DNA of 64,000 nucleotides. It comes from Savitreella phatthalungensis. Its lineage: Eukaryota. The notes beneath the pieces are model-generated. The model had not been told where the DNA came from, did not search any database, and saw only the letters and a program-made list of their open reading frames with translations. The stretch lies in assembly GCA_051599415.1 (NCBI GenBank), contig AP039705.1, forward strand, positions 1 through 64,000. Direction: 5' to 3'. Below are positions 57,482 to 64,000 of this stretch, in pieces; the stretch's first letter is position 1, and every line of letters starts with the position of its first letter. The translations under genes were made by a program, and so were the position numbers.

Positions 57482-59524
57482 TCTCTCGTTTGGATCTTGT
57501 AGTGGCAATGGAATTTGAGGTGCTCGATCTACGTGCGTTGATTTCTGGGGGGCTGCTGGTATGGAGTAGATTGCTCACTATATGGCTGAAATGCATAGGG
57601 ACTGTCTCCGGGTGTTATGCTGTAAAAGGGTTGACCAGTTTCACGTTGAATGCACGCAAGCTGGAGACAGTGTGAATTTACGGCCGCAGCACAATTCGCG
57701 TCAGTCTTATGAAACATGAAACGTGATATCAACCTGAAGCTGAAGTTTGTGATTGCGATCGAATTGATCTAAGGAAATCACTCGACAAAATTGCCCTGAA
57801 AGTGACGTCAGAGCCGTGAAAAATCGCGTGCCTGGCTTCTCTGACGCGACCACCGCCCATGCTCTTTTTATCCGGTCTGTCTAACAAATAAAGCAGAGCA
57901 CAAAACAGATTTGCTCGACATAAGAGATTAGCCAGAATGGTCAAAAACCCAGTGCATACCCAGTGCTACGGCACGATAGATGAGCCGGAAATCCCGAAAG
58001 AGGTTGACCGCCAGCTCATCAGCACATGGAAGGTCACGCACCGTCGATCAGAATCTCGTCAAATGCAATTGTGCGGACACAGACTCTGATACGATTAGTG
58101 TCTAGAGGCTCACATACTTTGCAGCTGTTCATGATGACTAGCCAATCAAGGGCATGTCGTGGACCATAACACTAATTCAAGGTTGTTTATCATGCATGAT
58201 ACGAAATTGACACCCTCTCGTACCCCCTCCCTGTAAACGAGACGAGAGATACCCGTTGATAGGCTGATGCTACGCGAGCGAGGTCCAAGTCCGATTAGGC
58301 CTGTATGCTTTGCAGCGGGATGCTTAGCTCTAACTGGACAGGATGTACGGAGCGTTGGATGGAGTTAAAATCTTTGACTGATCTCAGGCGATACCACGTC
58401 AGAATGGAATCTTCGGAAGACGACACTTCCGAGTTCTATTCAACAGTGCTCAGAACGAAACGCGGACAACTCTCGTAAATGTCGTGCAGGTCTGGTTGCA
58501 GTTCTGAATTGTTATTGGCTGAAATATAGATAATACCCGAAAAATGAACCGATCTTAGTCAAGTATCAAACATGGTGACTCCTACCAGAACAGCAGTAAT
58601 CGAGCATACATATCAAAAAGAGGAGTAATGGTTTCCCTGGACTCTGACCATATCCTAGGACAGGATAAGGATAACAGAGGTCATCTTGTCAATTCGGAGC
58701 ATTGAACGATTGAACTGCCAACAAGGGTCGGCGGTGTATTCAATGCGTGTTCAATCTAAACGAAGCTGAGCGGAGGCGGTGTCTGGTCGATTGTTCATAG
58801 GCTAGGCGGCTCAACTGATGACCTCAGGTGACCCTCATGCAAGAACGCACAAGCACACAAACGCACGCATGCACGGACGCCTGCAGTTACACTTGCACAT
58901 GCTAAGCACACGCACAACCGAGCAAATCATCCCGTTCGATATCCTTGGACCTTCACGCCATCCACCAATCTCTTCTACTTCATCTACTTGTTCCGCTCTT
59001 TTCTTCATCCCTGATCCTCCTCTCGACACCTCCCTTCCATCTTCCACTTCTCGTCCCCGTCACTCGTTCCATCAAAAGAAGAAAAGATCTCGATTCTCTC
59101 CCGCAGAATCGGTTTTAGACAGTGGACGCTTTCCTTCAACCCACGGTAGGAACATTCGACCCGGCAGGACAACAGATCTTCAGATCGTTGCGTTTTCGTG
59201 ACAGAGGTATTGGACTAGTGTAACCAGCGCACAAACTCAGACTCAAACATTTGACCACGAGGTGAAAACAGGTCATACACGACTCTCACCTGCTTCAGCA
59301 ATCAATTCTTCGGAACCCGATAGTCAATCACTGCCAGACATTCATCTGCAATCGTGACACCTGGGAATCTGCAGCACCAGCCTCGCACAAAGACCACCCA
59401 AGGTATCTTGTTTCATCTGCTTCAAGAGGCCTCTCTGCCTCGTTCTCGTTTCTCATTCTCCGCAAGGTCACCTTGTCGTACACTGCCTCTCGCAGCGCAT
59501 AGACACTCTAGGATCTTTGACATC

Positions 59525-59830
59525 ATGGCTGCAGTAGCAACCTCCGTCGCTCCTGCAACAGCTTCGAGATCCATCGACACCATGGCGATCAGTAACCCGA
59601 TTACCGTCACACCTGTCTCCACAACGACGACGTTCGCCAGCGGCACAAATCTGACGTCCCCACTGCGCGCAACAACGGAAAAGCAGCTCGCCATCAAGTC
59701 ACGATTCATTGAGAATCTTCCCAGGAGGAAGCGATCGCTCAAGGATGTCCTCAGGCGCGTACGCAGCTACCTAATCGCCCAACAGCAACAGCAGCAGCAA
59801 CAGCAGTCTGTCCGTACTCAGACTGTCTAG
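59525..59830 (+). CDS. Small hypothetical protein (101 aa) with basic patch and polyQ
   Basis: ATCATGG start context; isolated ORF in a long intergenic region; no family recognised. Confidence 0.35.
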   Translation: MAAVATSVAPATASRSIDTMAISNPITVTPVSTTTTFASGTNLTSPLRATTEKQLAIKSRFIENLPRRKRSLKDVLRRVRSYLIAQQQQQQQQQSVRTQTV

Positions 59831-60156
59831 TCCTATGGATCTCTGAACTGGAACACCCCGAATCTACAAATCTTTAACGAAATCTGATCAAGAACGCCCT
59901 CCGATGACGAACGCTTTCTCCCACCTACACACTCCTCAACGACTCACTCATCTTTTTCTCTCTCCTGCTTTCTTCCTCTCTTACTCTCTCAGATACACTT
60001 CTTACACCGAACAACGACGTACACAGCTCATCTGCCGTACAAGTCTGATACAAGCATCACTCGAGCGTAATGGCATTGTTATTTCTCTCTGCGTTTTCCT
60101 TTGTCCGTTCAGATCAGCATTCCGCCGAGCGTCGAGCTCTCGTATGTGTCGAGCGC

Positions 60157-62811
60157 TCACAGAATTGCAGCCGCAGCAGCGAGCATGACCAGCACTGTGC
60201 CGGCAGACCCGCCCACGTGAACCGTGTACGCCGTGTTGCTATCTGCAATCGGCAATGCAGTCGATCTCGAGGTTCCATCGGCATCGAATTTTGGCAATCC
60301 GGATGTGCTTGAACCACCGGTGCCCGACGTTGCCACAGTCTCCGCGGAGTCCTCCGCCTCAGTCTCGGTCGACGTGCCTGGCTCAGTCGTTTCCGTCGCG
60401 ACAGCCGTCGTCCCAGCAACGCTCGCAGATTCCTTCGGCTGGCTCGAAGACTGTGGTGGTTGTTGCTGCTGCTGTGTGATAGTCACATTCTTACCCTGAA
60501 TCATCTGTGGGGCTTTGTCAGTCTGTGTCTCGAGTGCCGGGTTGAATGCCGATACCGTTGTCGTCAGATCTCCCGAACCTGCCTCCTTGTCTGCACAAGC
60601 GCTCGCGTTCGCCACAGCCGCCACAGCTCCTAGTACATCGTGATCGACGTGCCCTGCTTCGCTGCTCACGGGAACCACGTACGGCTGGCCGTTGATGAGG
60701 TTGATGGTGACGGTGGTCGAGCTAGCTGCATTGGCCTCTGCCGCCGCATTCGCAGCCACCTGCTCCGTTCCCGGCACAATCGGCACAGCATCCTTCGGCA
60801 CCGTCGTCAGAACTGTCTTGTTCACTGGCGCGTTCACAGGAGTGTTGGCAGCACCCGCAGCGGCATCGATCGCTGCAGCACTAGTGCTGTTTTTGTCCTC
60901 TTTCTTCTTATCCTTGTCATCCTCCTTCTTCTTGTCCTTGTCGTCGTCCTTCTTTTTGTCCTTCTTGTCATCTTTTTCATCGCCTTTCTTGTCGTCCTTC
61001 TCGTTCGGAGGCTTCACGCTGTCATTGGCCTCGTCGCACTCATCGGACGTGACAGGTTGCACTTTCGCCACCTCGTCCTCGCACGGCTGGTCGACAGGCG
61101 TGGTCGTGTTGAGTGCAATCTCTTGCTTGGCATTGGCACGACTTGTGTCGGTGATGTTGTTCGTGTCTGCTATGCCCGTGAGATTCTTGGTAACAGCAGA
61201 GACAATCGATGTCGGCGTTGGTATCGGCGTCTGCATGGGACTCTGCATTATGTTGAGTGAAGGCGCAGGCGTCAGCGACGGGATTGACTTCTTCATTTCG
61301 TGACCGCCCAGTTCGTGGCTAGTCGATGTCGGCATTGGTATCGGCGTCTGTATCGGAGTCTGCATCATGTTGAGTGACGGCGCAGGCGTCAGCGATGGGA
61401 TCGAATTCTTCATTTCGTGACCACCCAGAGCGTTGCCGCCAGGACCTTCCGTGCCGTGGTCGCTCATCGCGTTGCCACCAGGTCCTCCCGTGCTGTGGTC
61501 ACCCATCTCGCTGCCACCAGATCCTCCCATGCCGTGATCGCCCATAGTGTTGCCACCAGGACCTCCCATGCCGGGGCCGCCCATAGCGTTGCCACCAGGT
61601 CCTCCCGTGCTGTGGTCACCCATCTCGCTGCCACCAGATCCTCCCATGCCGTGATCGCCCATAGTGTTGCCACCAGGACCTCCCATGCCGGGGCCGCCCA
61701 TAGCGTTGCCACCCTGAGCGTTGCCGCCAGGAACTCCCGTGCCGTGATCGCCCATAGCGTTGCCAGCGGGACTTCCGATGCCGTGATCGCCCATCTCGTT
61801 GCCACCAGGTCCGCCCAAGCCGTGATCGCCCATAGCGTTGCCACCAGGACCTCCCGTGCCGTGGTCGCCCATAGCGTTGCCCCCAGGACCTCCCGTGCCG
61901 TGGTCGCCCATCTCGTTGCCACCAGGAACTCCCATGCCGTGATCGCCCATAGCGTTGCCAGCGGGACCTCCCATGCCGTGGTCGCCCATAGCGTTGCCAC
62001 CAGGACCTCCGATGCCGTGATCGCCCATAGCGTTGCTACCCAGAGCACCGCCGCCAGACCCTCCCATGCCGTGATCGCCCATAGCGTTGCCAGCGGGACC
62101 TCCGATGCCGGGGCCGCCCATAGCGTTGCCACCAGGTCCTGTCAAGCCATGATCGCCCATGGCATTGCCACCAAATCCTCCGACGTCACCAGTTCCGTTC
62201 TGACATCGCTCCTGCTCCCCGCGACCGACGGGACCCGGCGCTTGCGCACTTTTCACATCGCGCTTCCACCAGTCGATTCCCGTGATGATGGGATCGACCA
62301 CGGCGAGGGTCCAGGTAGGGTCGATTTCGGAGAGCCCTGTGTAGAGGATGGCTCTGTCGTTGGTGCGGTCGCGGGATGCTTCGGGGGTTGACGACGGCGG
62401 GCCAGCGATGATGTAGTCGATCTGTGGTCGAGTCAGGTTGGATGCCATGATCATCTGCCGGTCGTCTTCGTTCAGCGACCATAGCAACAGCGCAGCGTAC
62501 ATCTCCGCAGCCTCCCACGGAGACATCGTGTACGCGATATCGTCAGATCCGCCGCCGTCAGAAGCGTCTGTCAGATCGAGGTCGTTAGGGAGAGCCGTGT
62601 CCGTTGTGTTCAAAGACCCGGACATGGTCGATACCGGGGTAGAAACCGATGTCGGCGTGGACGAGGTGGTGATGGACTTGAGATCGGTCATTGTCCTGGG
62701 AGTGGGCGTGGGCGTTGAGATCATGTTCGCCACAGACTTGCTCGGGGAATCGTTGAGTGGAATAGCAAAGGCGGTCCCAAAAGAGACTGCAAGGAAGACG
62801 GCAGCTCGCAT
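60157..62811 (-). CDS. Secreted, probably GPI-anchored surface protein with Gly/Met/His 13-aa repeats
   Basis: Signal MRAAVFLAVSFGTAFA, KR site, about 18 NAMGDHGxGGPGG units, K/D-rich tract, S/T-rich stalk, hydrophobic C-terminus VLVMLAAAAAIL. Confidence 0.8.
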   Translation of the reverse strand: MRAAVFLAVSFGTAFAIPLNDSPSKSVANMISTPTPTPRTMTDLKSITTSSTPTSVSTPVSTMSGSLNTTDTALPNDLDLTDASDGGGSDDIAYTMSPWEAAEMYAALLLWSLNEDDRQMIMASNLTRPQIDYIIAGPPSSTPEASRDRTNDRAILYTGLSEIDPTWTLAVVDPIITGIDWWKRDVKSAQAPGPVGRGEQERCQNGTGDVGGFGGNAMGDHGLTGPGGNAMGGPGIGGPAGNAMGDHGMGGSGGGALGSNAMGDHGIGGPGGNAMGDHGMGGPAGNAMGDHGMGVPGGNEMGDHGTGGPGGNAMGDHGTGGPGGNAMGDHGLGGPGGNEMGDHGIGSPAGNAMGDHGTGVPGGNAQGGNAMGGPGMGGPGGNTMGDHGMGGSGGSEMGDHSTGGPGGNAMGGPGMGGPGGNTMGDHGMGGSGGSEMGDHSTGGPGGNAMSDHGTEGPGGNALGGHEMKNSIPSLTPAPSLNMMQTPIQTPIPMPTSTSHELGGHEMKKSIPSLTPAPSLNIMQSPMQTPIPTPTSIVSAVTKNLTGIADTNNITDTSRANAKQEIALNTTTPVDQPCEDEVAKVQPVTSDECDEANDSVKPPNEKDDKKGDEKDDKKDKKKDDDKDKKKEDDKDKKKEDKNSTSAAAIDAAAGAANTPVNAPVNKTVLTTVPKDAVPIVPGTEQVAANAAAEANAASSTTVTINLINGQPYVVPVSSEAGHVDHDVLGAVAAVANASACADKEAGSGDLTTTVSAFNPALETQTDKAPQMIQGKNVTITQQQQQPPQSSSQPKESASVAGTTAVATETTEPGTSTETEAEDSAETVATSGTGGSSTSGLPKFDADGTSRSTALPIADSNTAYTVHVGGSAGTVLVMLAAAAAIL

Positions 62812-63009
62812 GACGAAAGGCGTCTTAGGCAACAGACAAGGGCGATCACGACAGGCTTAAGTAGGATGTTGGAAAGGGCACATGGCAAACAAACATCAGT
62901 CTTGGTTGTTTGCGCTCATATACATTGCTAGTAGTCTTGTGTTGTAGATGGATTGTAAGGAAGTGCCTCAGAAAGATGAAGTGGCGTGACAATTATTCTT
63001 GGCTCCAGA

Positions 63010-64000
63010 CTATGGCCGTCTGAAGTAGTCAAACAGCTCATTCGCGAACCACTTCGAGGGGTTGTCGACCAGTCTGGCGTAGATGTCACCTGCAAGGAAG
63101 CAGACAGGTGTCATGATGGCAAAGACGACGAGCTGAGCGAGCGGTCTGGCCATGTGGCCGTCCGCAACAAATGCCACGTACAGGCGTACGCCTGCAGAGT
63201 ACATAAGAATACCCTGGGTGAGGAAGAGTCCAAAGCTGATCCGGCCGAGGTAGCGGAAGACCGGGTTGGCAAAGAAGCGCTGGACGCCAGGCATTGCCTC
63301 GACGATCAGGAAAATGCCGACGAGCATGAACCAGGTGGAAGCGCGCTGTTGGGGCTGGTTGACAGAGAAGTCCCGGTTCAAACCGCCGCCGTAGATTGGC
63401 GTGTGGAAGACTAGCTCATTGTTGATCTTGTTAGGCTCTGCGACCTCGTACACGTACTTGAGGACGATGCCGATAGCAAGTGAGAGGAGCGGAAGGACGA
63501 GGAAGGGCAGCTTGCGCGAGGTCTTTGGGAGCGAGAAGCCGTTCGACAGCCTGGCATTGAGGTTGTGTGAGGTGGCGAGCTCGGCCAAGATAAGACCGGT
63601 GACGCCGTACCAGGCCCAAGAAGTCAACCACCAGGACAAGGCGGAGAAGAGGATAAGTCCCCAGAAGCGCCAGTACTTTGTCGTGTAGGGAATCATGATT
63701 GCGAGCATGTAGACTGTGTAGGACTGCTGGTAGACGACAGACACGATCCACAGCTGTTCGGTCGGGAAGGCCTTGACACCTGCCTGGAGTCCGTCGATCC
63801 ACCAGAAAATGTTGAAGCTGGCATTGAACCACTGGAGAGCAGAGTCGAGCGGGTATGGCTCCTCGATGACCTTGTTGCCGAGCTCGTCCCTGAGTCGAGC
63901 AATAGCCTTGTAAGCTCCAGCCTTCTCCGTGATGACCACGAGGGCGAGTGTGACGATGACGGGGACGAAGAGACGGATGCCCCTTCGGAAAAGGGTGCCG
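63010..64000 (-). CDS. Acyltransferase-3 (OafA-like) membrane O-acyltransferase, 5' end outside the window
   Basis: RRGIRLFVP, QLWIV, FRYLGRISFGLFL.Q, RLVDNPS; multi-TM. Confidence 0.8.
   Translation of the reverse strand, partial: GTLFRRGIRLFVPVIVTLALVVITEKAGAYKAIARLRDELGNKVIEEPYPLDSALQWFNASFNIFWWIDGLQAGVKAFPTEQLWIVSVVYQQSYTVYMLAIMIPYTTKYWRFWGLILFSALSWWLTSWAWYGVTGLILAELATSHNLNARLSNGFSLPKTSRKLPFLVLPLLSLAIGIVLKYVYEVAEPNKINNELVFHTPIYGGGLNRDFSVNQPQQRASTWFMLVGIFLIVEAMPGVQRFFANPVFRYLGRISFGLFLTQGILMYSAGVRLYVAFVADGHMARPLAQLVVFAIMTPVCFLAGDIYARLVDNPSKWFANELFDYFRRP

Noticed and set aside
61417..62391. Alternative-frame ORFs (VAHSVATR / VATLWA repeats)
   Set aside because: Shadows of the 39-bp Gly-rich coding repeat.

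Overview
Left end of a fungal chromosome. The compact, nearly intron-free genes suggest an ascomycete, possibly Taphrinomycotina-like (inference only). Bases 1-60 are an untrimmed Oxford Nanopore adapter plus native barcode, followed by (CCCTAA)n telomere and subtelomeric satellites. About 1-11 kb is a transposon graveyard: a MULE transposase relic with an internal inversion, a ~6.3 kb CACTA/EnSpm element whose two genes each carry one early TGA, and a cluster of very short solo LTRs with target-site duplications. At 13-19.4 kb is an orphan head-to-head pair: a 1599-aa coiled-coil protein built from 25+7n-residue repeats and a protein with a divergent GIY-YIG nuclease motif set. From ~20 kb the region is dense with genes: GH95 fucosidase, ATG22-like (1-bp frameshift), CDC48, UTP8-like, RRB1, NHA1, an ABC half-transporter, a compact TEL1, NUP192, TEA4/BUD14, PXMP2-like, FZO1, a two-intron GH12, a GPI-like Gly/Met/His-repeat surface protein and a partial acyltransferase-3.
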